Part shown: positions 38,901 through 46,742 of the stretch, piece by piece
Layout: each line of letters opens with the position of its first letter
Position numbering within the stretch: the stretch's first letter is position 1
Source: a virus
Lineage: Duplodnaviria > Caudoviricetes
DNA: 52,774 nt
IMG/VR virus record: IMGVR_UViG_3300025066_000039
Span: 1 to 52,774 of that record
Reading direction: 5' to 3' (one strand)
The notes under the pieces: generated by a model
The model's input: the letters and a program-made list of their open reading frames with translations, nothing else
Database searches by the model: none
Told to the model about the DNA's origin: nothing
Program-made: the position numbers and the translations under genes

Positions 38901-39716
38901 GAATGTTGTGAGGGTTCACTGAGTGAGGGCGGTCCAGATGTTTCTGATGATTTTTATTGTGGGTTTCCGTGCAATGCACCGCCCCAATTAGTACTTTGTT
39001 GTACTGCCCCAAATGGTGGTGCAGGTAATCTGCCCTGCGAAACAGATAACACTACTACTATACACGAATGTGGAGTAAAAACTCCAGAAGATTGTGCGGC
39101 TGGTGGCGGAGCGGTAGTATCTGATTGTGGGGTATGCCATGATGTTTGTTGTCCGATTGTGTGTTGTAAGTGTGGTATTGGACCGGGGTGTGTATATCCG
39201 GGTGGTGATTGCAGTTCGGAAGCGCAGTGTTGGCCAGTGGTTGTGGGGTATGCTCATGATGGAGATTGCGGTAACTGGACTGATCCTGGTGGTTGTGGCG
39301 GGTGTGATTGCGCGCCTTGTGCTTCTAGTAATTTAACTTGCGATGACTCTTGCTTGTCAATGGATTGTGATTGTGGTTGTCATATCTGCGTGTCCAGTCT
39401 CAGGGGTGAAGGCCAGTGTCAGTGCGATGATGTGGATGGTGACGGAACTCATGATTGTGATTGTTGTTGTTGTTGTGATTGCGATAGTGGTGTCGATTGT
39501 TGCGGGTGGGATGGCCCCTGCGAAATACTCCATAGTGCTTGCGATTTCGATTGCGGATCGACAGGTCTGAGAAGCATAGATCCACCATCAACTGATGAAA
39601 TTTTAACAAATCTTGCTGATACCCATACTTATGTTCGATTGCCTAATGGGGAATGTATCTATATGGAATGTGTTGGACCAGGTTGCCCGTATCCTGTTTG
39701 TAAGGAGGATATATAA
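35976..39716 (+). CDS. Cys-rich GACC tandem-repeat protein (1246 aa) with C-terminal LPNGxC motif
   Basis: Begins MGACC; about 11 exact GACC plus GSCC/GYCC variants; ends YVRLPNGECIYMEC...CPYPVC. Confidence 0.8.
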   Translation: MGACCFTDGSCLDNLSTSVQCVAVGGTPWPCTPGVGTCTEEYWDTFDCYSVVPGTDGTCPACEFDCLDVPTGACCIENNHCQLKTHDGCNNAGGLYWGDDTDCDTNYPWQDMCTGIAKWGACCCQWCNGAQCNPCGEGGVDLCENEMNYADCWTRGNIQFNDTVWHPHYGVCINGQCVGEGISCETDEDCDDAECCSDSSGTSLCCTDFNCDSGGTCQSDCNECPGSNVGYCCYIDPEGNNDSCGGYGPTEFECTSSCPSDDSCTWTADTCGACDNIPRGACCHGDGCDRRTQANCGIILGTYVGDDTVCEDGPCDEGACCLGVNSFCYQKFRFQCDYYTETGYGFYEGEGCDQQCNMGACCGYDDSEPNCTDSYIMDECEDVDGHNGTFYDSILCSQLDENSLCEQQPIGACCLNQAPWCYPNMIAIDCGDAGGSWQGEGSSCNANCGDGSNVVCCQSGEMPDGTIDECFACFMVDTEDTCTDYWHGTPGSELDIFTCKDGACCFEGNPPSCISLSFENCLLVDGTPIGPDEECNDCDASGCEICMGSCCYTNNYTPICETTTLPDCETISDGVYTFGGFGTNCDSDPCAAPGACCHLIVDAGTCYDGKNEWECQGDLEFFYSGQDCKDIDCDNPTDGSCCLGGICYHHYKFSDCIIAGGLFFGDVDDCDGIVCDNDKCCQSISGVITCNDWYDNKCNCLDSGGNIISDCISQGMINCDDCGDDIAFACCSRVDGLFTGNCADALFCDDNDLVIPNSYCADNPCDIGACCYQDPTTGEDVCSMTVDYDCDIKGGIFNLTADCNDCHDWPVMGVEIGSCCLEFSPGCLEVPESVCDNLGGDWTEGEVCQQNNSCGAENWGACCRLVEESEVCSEESSFNCESLGGVFHHHEICSAEICEFGDNSDTCITCPNENCGGGCPDGYTCCQPSNVCMLVCDEPCFCIEEGRECCPDDSCEFPCDEVAYCGLGPACPEPLECCEGSLSEGGPDVSDDFYCGFPCNAPPQLVLCCTAPNGGAGNLPCETDNTTTIHECGVKTPEDCAAGGGAVVSDCGVCHDVCCPIVCCKCGIGPGCVYPGGDCSSEAQCWPVVVGYAHDGDCGNWTDPGGCGGCDCAPCASSNLTCDDSCLSMDCDCGCHICVSSLRGEGQCQCDDVDGDGTHDCDCCCCCDCDSGVDCCGWDGPCEILHSACDFDCGSTGLRSIDPPSTDEILTNLADTHTYVRLPNGECIYMECVGPGCPYPVCKEDI
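36485..36545 (+). repeat. Dispersed repeat copy B (shared with 15694-15751)
   Basis: Identical to copy A except for a 3-nt insertion and one T/C substitution. Confidence 0.9.
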
Positions 39717-41842
39717 TGGCAATATTTAATTGGTTCAATGAACCCTTATCGGATGGAGATGCGTGGTATATCCCAGAAAGACATGACCTTTTTAAGTATG
39801 ATGGCAACACACCCTCGCGAAGAAATCCTGAGTTTTTTACACACAGACCAACTAGCGGTTCGCCAAACTATAACTTTGATTATCGAATGCCATCTTTTTC
39901 GTGTATATCTACATCAAGCAGGGCAACAAATCAAATTCCAAATGGGGGATGTAGCTCGTGTCCCGATGGATGCTTACAGGACGACCCGTTTGGAGGAAAC
40001 CCATATTCAGGTTGCGCGAGTCAATGCCGATATGTAGCAATAACCCCAGTGCATATTATTGCAAGCGCCCACTATTGGGCAACACCGTGGACACTCGGCT
40101 CCACCAGAAAATTTTATGGAACTGACGGTACATCTTTTCAAGAAATTAAATTTACAGAATTGCATGAGTTGGGGGACTGGTGGTGCGATAATGATGGGGA
40201 TTGTGTTGGTGATGAGCCTCCTGGAGAGTTGGCTATATTAGAATTTAAGGCTGCTGGACAGAACGTGAATCCTACAAATGACAATGAATACAATACTTCG
40301 TTAGGTGACAGGTATCTTGCACCAGATGTAGAAATAAAATATCCATATTTTATGCCTGAGGTTATGGGTCCTTATGACCCAATCATAGAGTACATGAAAG
40401 AACAATATGTCGGAATTAACTTTGACCAAGACTTGAGAGGTTATGTGGTGGGATTGGATCCATATTTTAACAGCCAAGCTGGGTTCTATCCAAGGAAGAC
40501 GGACTTTAAAGTAGGTCATCGGTACTGTGATAACTCCTCTGGATCTAATAGTCTCCAATACTTAATAGACAGGCAACTCGCAATAAGAGAAGATATGGCC
40601 ACCTTTTATATGACGCAGGGAGAGTCATCGACACCATTCTTTACATACAATCCAAACATTACTGGAGATTCTCCTATTTTCTTAGGTCTTTGGGAATCAC
40701 GCAATTTTACAAATATGGTACAAGATTATGTCTTACCCATCATAGAACAGTATGATATTGATAATGGCACATCATACGCAATAGATTTATCAGATAGAAT
40801 ACTGACAAGGAATCAATTAGGTATACCAGAAGTTGGTGGTTGTTGTGTTCCCACATATCCAGATGTTGAAGGTTGTGACGGGTGCTACGGTGCGTGTTGC
40901 CACCCTTCCTTTGGTTGCGCCAATCTTGATTTTGCCTCATGCAACAATATAGGTGGACAATTCCAAGGAGATAGCACGGTGTGTGCAGACTTAGTGTGCG
41001 AGGAGGTGGTGGAATGTTGGCAGACTTCCTCAGATGTTTGCCAGGAGTTGAATGGAATTTATCGTGACGATGGAAGTTCTTGCTATAATCCGTGGGCATG
41101 TCCTGACCCTGAAGTCGAAGGCGCTTGTTGTTATCTAGGCGATAGTTGTGGCCAAGAAACGCAATATGATTGTGAAAATCAATATGGAACATATAAAGGA
41201 AATTTTGTTGAGTGTTTTGCTGATAATCGATGCCCAAATATTATTGGCGCGTGTTGCGATGGAGAATTAACTTGCCTCGGCGAGTATACAGAGTACAACT
41301 GTATGGTGAATCAGGGTGGAACACATTGGGTGTCGAGTGCAGAATGCGGCGACACATTACCTTGTAATCAGGGTGCGTGTTGCTTTGGAACTTTCTGCCC
41401 CCCGGGTCAGACATCCCAAACGGACTGCATAAATCAGGGTGGAATATATAAAGGATATGGCACAACTTGCACTGTTGACCTGTGTGCTGAAGATGTTGGT
41501 GCTTGTTGTGTTGGAAACAATTGCATTGGTGTCTATACAGAATCAGAATGCGGAAGTGTGGGTGGAACATATAAAGGAGTCGGCACAACTTGCACTACAG
41601 GAATATGTAGTAGTGGTGGGTGTGTATCTTGTTCGAGTCAAGAAGAAAGATCCTCAATGAATCGATTGAAATTACATCCAAACGGAGTTAAACCCTATTA
41701 TAACAACAAAAGAGCAAACAACTATGAAATTGAAATGCTCGATCCGGGTGAACAACAATACACAAATGTTCAATTGCCTAATGGGGACTGTATATTGATG
41801 GATTGTCGCTTGAATTGCCCCTATCCGTTATGTATGGAATGA
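39716..41842 (+). CDS. Trypsin-like protease-fold domain plus GACC repeats plus C-terminal LPNGxC motif
   Basis: AITPVHIIASAHY, ELAILEF and QGESSTPFF in the order of the chymotrypsin-clan H/D/S motifs; five GACC; ends VQLPNGDCILMDC..CPYPLC. Confidence 0.65.
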   Translation: MAIFNWFNEPLSDGDAWYIPERHDLFKYDGNTPSRRNPEFFTHRPTSGSPNYNFDYRMPSFSCISTSSRATNQIPNGGCSSCPDGCLQDDPFGGNPYSGCASQCRYVAITPVHIIASAHYWATPWTLGSTRKFYGTDGTSFQEIKFTELHELGDWWCDNDGDCVGDEPPGELAILEFKAAGQNVNPTNDNEYNTSLGDRYLAPDVEIKYPYFMPEVMGPYDPIIEYMKEQYVGINFDQDLRGYVVGLDPYFNSQAGFYPRKTDFKVGHRYCDNSSGSNSLQYLIDRQLAIREDMATFYMTQGESSTPFFTYNPNITGDSPIFLGLWESRNFTNMVQDYVLPIIEQYDIDNGTSYAIDLSDRILTRNQLGIPEVGGCCVPTYPDVEGCDGCYGACCHPSFGCANLDFASCNNIGGQFQGDSTVCADLVCEEVVECWQTSSDVCQELNGIYRDDGSSCYNPWACPDPEVEGACCYLGDSCGQETQYDCENQYGTYKGNFVECFADNRCPNIIGACCDGELTCLGEYTEYNCMVNQGGTHWVSSAECGDTLPCNQGACCFGTFCPPGQTSQTDCINQGGIYKGYGTTCTVDLCAEDVGACCVGNNCIGVYTESECGSVGGTYKGVGTTCTTGICSSGGCVSCSSQEERSSMNRLKLHPNGVKPYYNNKRANNYEIEMLDPGEQQYTNVQLPNGDCILMDCRLNCPYPLCME

Positions 41843-41852
41843 TATATAGTAT

Positions 41853-43604
41853 ATGAGTATTCAATTTAGATCTAGAATAAGAACGGCCGTTGATATTAAA
41901 GACGATATATTTTCTGGATTTGGTGTTTGTTGTTTACCCGATGGAACAAAGTCGGAAACACTAATATCGTTTTATGATTGTATTGATAGTAATGGGTATT
42001 GGCAATATGCAGAAAATCTTGGAGATATTGAATGCCCACCATTGTCTGATACGGGATGTTGTTGTTCGTGTAGTAATCTTGATAATCATGATGATTATTT
42101 AAATTCTATTAATGACAATTGGATTCCTGAATATGTGGGCGGATTAAAAGAACTAACACAATGTCAATGTAATGATATAGGTGGGATATGGTCACCAGAG
42201 GAATGTGATGCCTTTACAGGCGGTGATATCTTCGACTATAATGTTGAAAGAGTTTATAATTTTTGTACGAATGGTGCCGCGCAGGCACCAGGAATTTCGC
42301 CCCATGATGTACTCACTAAGTGGGATGTTAGGTATCCTAATAGTTGTTGTGTGCATATAGGTGATGGTAATTATGCAGATTGTAGAAATGTGTGCAATGG
42401 CCAACAATGTGCAGATTTTAATGAATGTAATTGTATAGGGGATTGTAATAATTGTGTGGGATATTATAATGTATACGGCATCGGTGCAGATGGAGGAGGC
42501 CTGGCATGTGATGATCCAGTTAATCCAGAGAATGCTATGGATTGTAGTGATGAGAATCAGCAAACCGCTGAAGCACAGGGAGGGAGTGGCCAAGAAAGTA
42601 GGTTTGATAATATGTTAATACAAAACAATACAATTAATTCCGAAGAAAATTTTATTAAAAGATATAATCAAACAATGAAACAGGCCGGATTGGGTATTGT
42701 GTCTGCATGTGTTGAAAATATTAATCGAAATGAATACAGTTGTAAATTATCTTCTATAGAATTTTGTCATGGATACTTTATGGGATTGCAGGAAGGTGGT
42801 TCTCCTTATAATTGCGGCCACACTGAAGAAATTGATATGATAAAAACCTTTCTAAAAGATGGAACAATTTCTAGAAGTATTATAGATTCTTGGCAAGAAG
42901 GAGAGTATAGAATTGCAGGCAGATATGCTGGAATATTTAACGGAAGTGGAGTTCATTCTGATATTGAAGTTCTGGGGCGTTCAAAAACTGGTATCGTTAA
43001 ATCGTCTGCAATTATAGAAGAAGAAAATAATGATTTTAAATCGTTTACCAAGAACCAATATGCAGTTATTATCCCAGAAACTGATTATGGTATAAGTCCC
43101 TTACACGAAGGTAGTATGGCCTCGTTAAAGATTAATAAAAGAAAAAAATCAAAGTCAGATAGTGCATGGAATATGAAATTACCATTAAATTTGTTTGAAC
43201 GAATTAGAAATAGTTTTTCTACCAATGGAATAGGTAAAGGATTTAACTGGGTAGTGCCAAGTAAAACCTTATTGGCATTTATGATGACAAAAACCCAAAA
43301 AAGAAATGATGGGGAGATATGGAGTGAAGAATTTAATGTGAATGCTTATGATTCGGTTGATGTTAAGAATCTCGATATTACTAGGGGCTCATCCGGCGTA
43401 TTTCACGAAATGAAAGGAACATATTGGTCATCTACACTTGTCGAGGGAACAACATCCACCAAACCTCTTGCGTATGCACATAAAAGAGAAAATACCAACA
43501 TAGAATCATTAAACACAAGCATATGGGCATCAGATATTATATTTGCCTCTGAACTTGACAAAACACATAGAATACGATTGGCTCTTTTAGTAAGAATTGT
43601 ATAA
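41853..43604 (+). CDS. Cys-rich protein with C-terminal DUF1566/CLec-like domain
   Basis: Cys-rich N-terminal half; GEYRIAGRYAG..WVVPSK..YWSSTL..LAY..HRIRLALLV. Confidence 0.65.
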   Translation: MSIQFRSRIRTAVDIKDDIFSGFGVCCLPDGTKSETLISFYDCIDSNGYWQYAENLGDIECPPLSDTGCCCSCSNLDNHDDYLNSINDNWIPEYVGGLKELTQCQCNDIGGIWSPEECDAFTGGDIFDYNVERVYNFCTNGAAQAPGISPHDVLTKWDVRYPNSCCVHIGDGNYADCRNVCNGQQCADFNECNCIGDCNNCVGYYNVYGIGADGGGLACDDPVNPENAMDCSDENQQTAEAQGGSGQESRFDNMLIQNNTINSEENFIKRYNQTMKQAGLGIVSACVENINRNEYSCKLSSIEFCHGYFMGLQEGGSPYNCGHTEEIDMIKTFLKDGTISRSIIDSWQEGEYRIAGRYAGIFNGSGVHSDIEVLGRSKTGIVKSSAIIEEENNDFKSFTKNQYAVIIPETDYGISPLHEGSMASLKINKRKKSKSDSAWNMKLPLNLFERIRNSFSTNGIGKGFNWVVPSKTLLAFMMTKTQKRNDGEIWSEEFNVNAYDSVDVKNLDITRGSSGVFHEMKGTYWSSTLVEGTTSTKPLAYAHKRENTNIESLNTSIWASDIIFASELDKTHRIRLALLVRIV

Positions 43605-43612
43605 TTTTTTAT

Positions 43613-43641
43613 TTGACAATATACCTATTATAGTGTATAAT
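43613..43641 (+). promoter_or_regulatory. Consensus sigma70 (early) promoter
   Basis: TTGACA (43613-43618), 17 bp, TATAAT (43636-43641); AT-rich upstream; GGAG RBS before 43668. Confidence 0.9.
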
Positions 43642-43667
43642 TTAATAAACTTTATTATGGAGATATT

Positions 43668-44174
43668 ATGACAGATAAACCAAATTTTAGAAAAACACCA
43701 CTGGATCCAAACCAACGAGGAATTAAAAAAGCATTTAGTATGGTGCAAAGTTTCGCTGTTGCACTAGCATCAAGAAACCTCAACAATAATAAAATTAATA
43801 AAGCAATTAAACAATTAAGAGTATTAAGTTGTTTTGGTAATGAAAGTATTGGTGGGGAATTGCCGCCTTGCGAATATTTACACCAAAGTGCTGTAGATAA
43901 TACTAAACACATTTGCGGTGGGTGTGGGTGTGGTGATAGGAAGCAAACCTTTTTGGTTGCAAATGCAGATGAATATGGAAAATTAGATTATCCTAAACTT
44001 GCATGTCCTCTACAAATGCCAGGATTTACTGATTATACAATAAGCACTTCAGATGAATCGGAAGAACCAGTAACACGAAAATACTACATTGAAAACATAG
44101 ATTATGATGCAATGCAGGGTTTAGATGTTGCCGTAGGGAAGCAAGAACAACCGCCAGAAAACCCAGAAGAATAA
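43668..44174 (+). CDS. Hypothetical Cys-motif (probable metal-binding) protein, likely early-expressed
   Basis: R.LSC...PPC...ICGGCGC...LACP; has its own sigma70 promoter. Confidence 0.75.
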   Translation: MTDKPNFRKTPLDPNQRGIKKAFSMVQSFAVALASRNLNNNKINKAIKQLRVLSCFGNESIGGELPPCEYLHQSAVDNTKHICGGCGCGDRKQTFLVANADEYGKLDYPKLACPLQMPGFTDYTISTSDESEEPVTRKYYIENIDYDAMQGLDVAVGKQEQPPENPEE

Positions 44175-44190
44175 TGTTTGTTGCTTCCCC

Positions 44191-44229
44191 ACTCCTATAT
44201 ATTTATACATATTGTAGAGATATAGGAGT
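44191..44229 (+). promoter_or_regulatory. RBS-sequestering hairpin enclosing late promoter TATACATA (44204-44211)
   Basis: ACTCCTATAT (44191-44200) pairs perfectly with ATATAGGAGT (44220-44229), which contains the AGGAG of gp13. Confidence 0.8.
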
Positions 44230-44234
44230 TTTTA

Positions 44235-45041
44235 ATGGCAAAACCAGCATCTAGAGATGATATAATTGATTATTCGTTGCGAAAATTGGGCGCACCTGTT
44301 GTAGATATCAATGTAGATAGACAACAGTGCGAAGACCGATTAGACGAAGCATTAGAACTTTTTTCGGAATACCACTCAGATGGTGCTGAAAAAGAACTAT
44401 TTGTATATAAAATTACCGCAACTGATAAATCGAGAAAATATATTGATGTCGAATCTATCGGACAACCAATTGGTGCGACAGGAAGTAGAATTACCGGCAA
44501 AGACATTTTAAATGTAGTAAAGATACATCAATTTGGTGAATTTGCAAATATTAATATGTTTGATGTTAGATATCAAATGGCATTGATGGATTATTTTGGG
44601 ATAAATCGTGGGCTTGGAATGAATTCTAGTATGGGTTTAGCAAGATATGATTCCACTAAACGATACATCAACATGATTCAAGATTTCTTTAATCCAGAAA
44701 AACATATTCGTTTTAATAAAATAACAAATAAATTAAATATTGACGGAGATTGGACTAATGATATTATTGAAGGAAAATATTTCCTAATAGAAGCATATGT
44801 AAAAATTGAAGCTTCACAATTCTCTGAGGTATTCAATGATATTTGGTTGAAGAAATACTTAACCTCGCTCATTAAAAAACAATGGGGTGCAAATATGTCA
44901 AAGTTTGAAGGGGTTCAATTGCCGGGTGGAGTTCAACTTCGTGGCGGAGAAATCTCACAAGAGGCAGTTCAGGAGATTGAGAAGCTTGAAGAAGAGTTAA
45001 GACTAACATACGAATACCCAATCGACTTTATGACAGGATAA
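44235..45041 (+). CDS. gp13: Neck protein gp13
   Basis: MAKPASR..YSLRKLGAPVVDINV..QWGANMSKFEGVQLPGGV..PIDFMTG. Confidence 0.95.
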   Translation: MAKPASRDDIIDYSLRKLGAPVVDINVDRQQCEDRLDEALELFSEYHSDGAEKELFVYKITATDKSRKYIDVESIGQPIGATGSRITGKDILNVVKIHQFGEFANINMFDVRYQMALMDYFGINRGLGMNSSMGLARYDSTKRYINMIQDFFNPEKHIRFNKITNKLNIDGDWTNDIIEGKYFLIEAYVKIEASQFSEVFNDIWLKKYLTSLIKKQWGANMSKFEGVQLPGGVQLRGGEISQEAVQEIEKLEEELRLTYEYPIDFMTG

Positions 45042-45044
45042 TAC

Positions 45045-45968
45045 ATGGCTCGCAATCCCTATTTCAAAGACTACGCTGGTGAACAGGATATGGTAGAAGA
45101 CCTAACCATCGAAATGATTCAAACGATGGGAAGGGATATGGTCTATATTCCCAGAACACTTGTTGACGAAGATAAATTATTTGGAGAAGATACAACTTCA
45201 AAATTTGATGATGGTTATGAAATTGAAATGTATATTCAATCTGTGGATGGTTTTGAAGGTGAAGGTGATGTACTTGCAAAATTTGGCATTCAAATAAAAG
45301 ATAGGATGGAATTGGTTGTTTCTAGAAAACGATTCGATGAAGCAGTTGGCTCTTATGAAAATATCACACGACCAAAAGAAGGTGATTTGATTTTCTTCCC
45401 GCTCAGCAATACAGTATTTGAAATCAATTTTGTAGAACACGAAAATCCATTCTATTCTTTGGGTAAACTCTTTACATATAAACTCTCATGTGAAGTATTC
45501 ACATATAGTCAAGAAGTTATTGATACTGGTTACAGTGAAATTGATAAGGTTGAAGACGAACGAAAATACTTTGCTATTGAATTGGCCATGGGGACAAGAA
45601 TAAGCACCGATACTTATATCAATTACTTTGAGGGTGAAACGATATTCCAAGTTCTTGGTTCAACTGCCGCGGCACTTGCGGATGCAACTGCAACGGCGGT
45701 AGTTACAGATTGGGATGCAACTGCAACTAAATTAACAGTTACAAATATTGTTGGAACACTTTCAACTGCAGGCAATGAAACTGTTAAAGGTGCGGTGTCT
45801 GGTGCAGAGTATGAACTCGACAGTTCCACAACAACTACTGTGATTATTCCGCATGAACCCCAAGACGATGCACCGGGCGGAGATAATGAAGATTTTGAAT
45901 TGCTCCGAGACCAAGACGATATCTTTGACTTTACAGAAACGGATCCTTTTTCAGAAGGAAATTATTAA
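45045..45968 (+). CDS. gp14: Neck protein gp14
   Basis: MARNPYF..YIPR..FGED..IEMY..KFGI..RPKEGDLIFFP..FEINFVEHENPFY.LGK. Confidence 0.95.
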   Translation: MARNPYFKDYAGEQDMVEDLTIEMIQTMGRDMVYIPRTLVDEDKLFGEDTTSKFDDGYEIEMYIQSVDGFEGEGDVLAKFGIQIKDRMELVVSRKRFDEAVGSYENITRPKEGDLIFFPLSNTVFEINFVEHENPFYSLGKLFTYKLSCEVFTYSQEVIDTGYSEIDKVEDERKYFAIELAMGTRISTDTYINYFEGETIFQVLGSTAAALADATATAVVTDWDATATKLTVTNIVGTLSTAGNETVKGAVSGAEYELDSSTTTTVIIPHEPQDDAPGGDNEDFELLRDQDDIFDFTETDPFSEGNY

Positions 45969-45971
45969 TTT

Positions 45972-46742
45972 ATGTTTACACAGTTTTATAACGAAGCAAT
46001 TAGAAAATTAGTAATTGGATTCGGTTCTTTGTTCAATGATATTCGGGTTGTTAGAAAAAATCCAGATGGAACAACTAAAGAAACTATTCGTGTTCCTTTA
46101 TCATATGGGCCAAAAGAAAAGTTTATAAGAAGGATTCAAGAAAGTAGCAGTATATCAGATACTTCAAAAGTACAAATTACTTTGCCGCGGATCGGGTTTG
46201 AAATTACTGGTTTTGCATATGATCCTGCAAGAAAAACAAATAAACTTAGAAAAAGAAAAGCAATTAGTGCTGATGGGCTAAGTTATTCATATAACTACAA
46301 CGAAGTCCCATACATCGTATCCTTCGGACTCTATGCGTTTACTAGAAATCAAGACGACAATTTACAAATTATCGAACAGATTTTGCCTTATTTTAGTCCA
46401 GAATTTGTTGTGTCGTTTAATGTAAATGATATTAATAAGAAAGTTGATGTGCCATTTGTGTTGAATGGCGTGACCACTGAAGAAGATTATGAAGGTGCGT
46501 TTGATACTAGACGAAACCTTACATCTTCATTTCAATTCAGTGCAAAGACATATATGTATGGTCCAGTCAAGACAGGAAAGATTATTCTTCAATCTGAAAT
46601 TGATATTTTTGGCAGTGCGGAGAAATTCAACTACCCTGTTACTGGCGAAGATCATGATTTAAGAATAGGAATTACTGGCGGTTATACTGGAGAAGGTTAT
46701 ACGGCCGGTAATCAAATTTATGGTGAGTATTATTATGAGTGA
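45972..46742 (+). CDS. gp15: Tail sheath stabilizer/terminator gp15
   Basis: FYNEAIRK..FGSLFNDI..VPLSYGPKEKF..LPRIGFE..QIIEQILPYF.P. Confidence 0.95.
   Translation: MFTQFYNEAIRKLVIGFGSLFNDIRVVRKNPDGTTKETIRVPLSYGPKEKFIRRIQESSSISDTSKVQITLPRIGFEITGFAYDPARKTNKLRKRKAISADGLSYSYNYNEVPYIVSFGLYAFTRNQDDNLQIIEQILPYFSPEFVVSFNVNDINKKVDVPFVLNGVTTEEDYEGAFDTRRNLTSSFQFSAKTYMYGPVKTGKIILQSEIDIFGSAEKFNYPVTGEDHDLRIGITGGYTGEGYTAGNQIYGEYYYE

Noticed and set aside
35940-41842. Stop-codon reassignment or selenocysteine readthrough linking the Cys-rich ORFs
   Set aside because: Core genes translate full length in the standard code with TAA, TAG and TGA all used as stops; adjacent Cys-rich ORFs such as 33905/35976 are in different frames
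8204-43604. Eukaryotic contamination or chimera (EGF/VSP-like Cys-rich proteins)
   Set aside because: ORFs are intronless, tightly packed or overlapping with phage genes, some have SD sequences or late promoters, and they are fused to phage fibre domains
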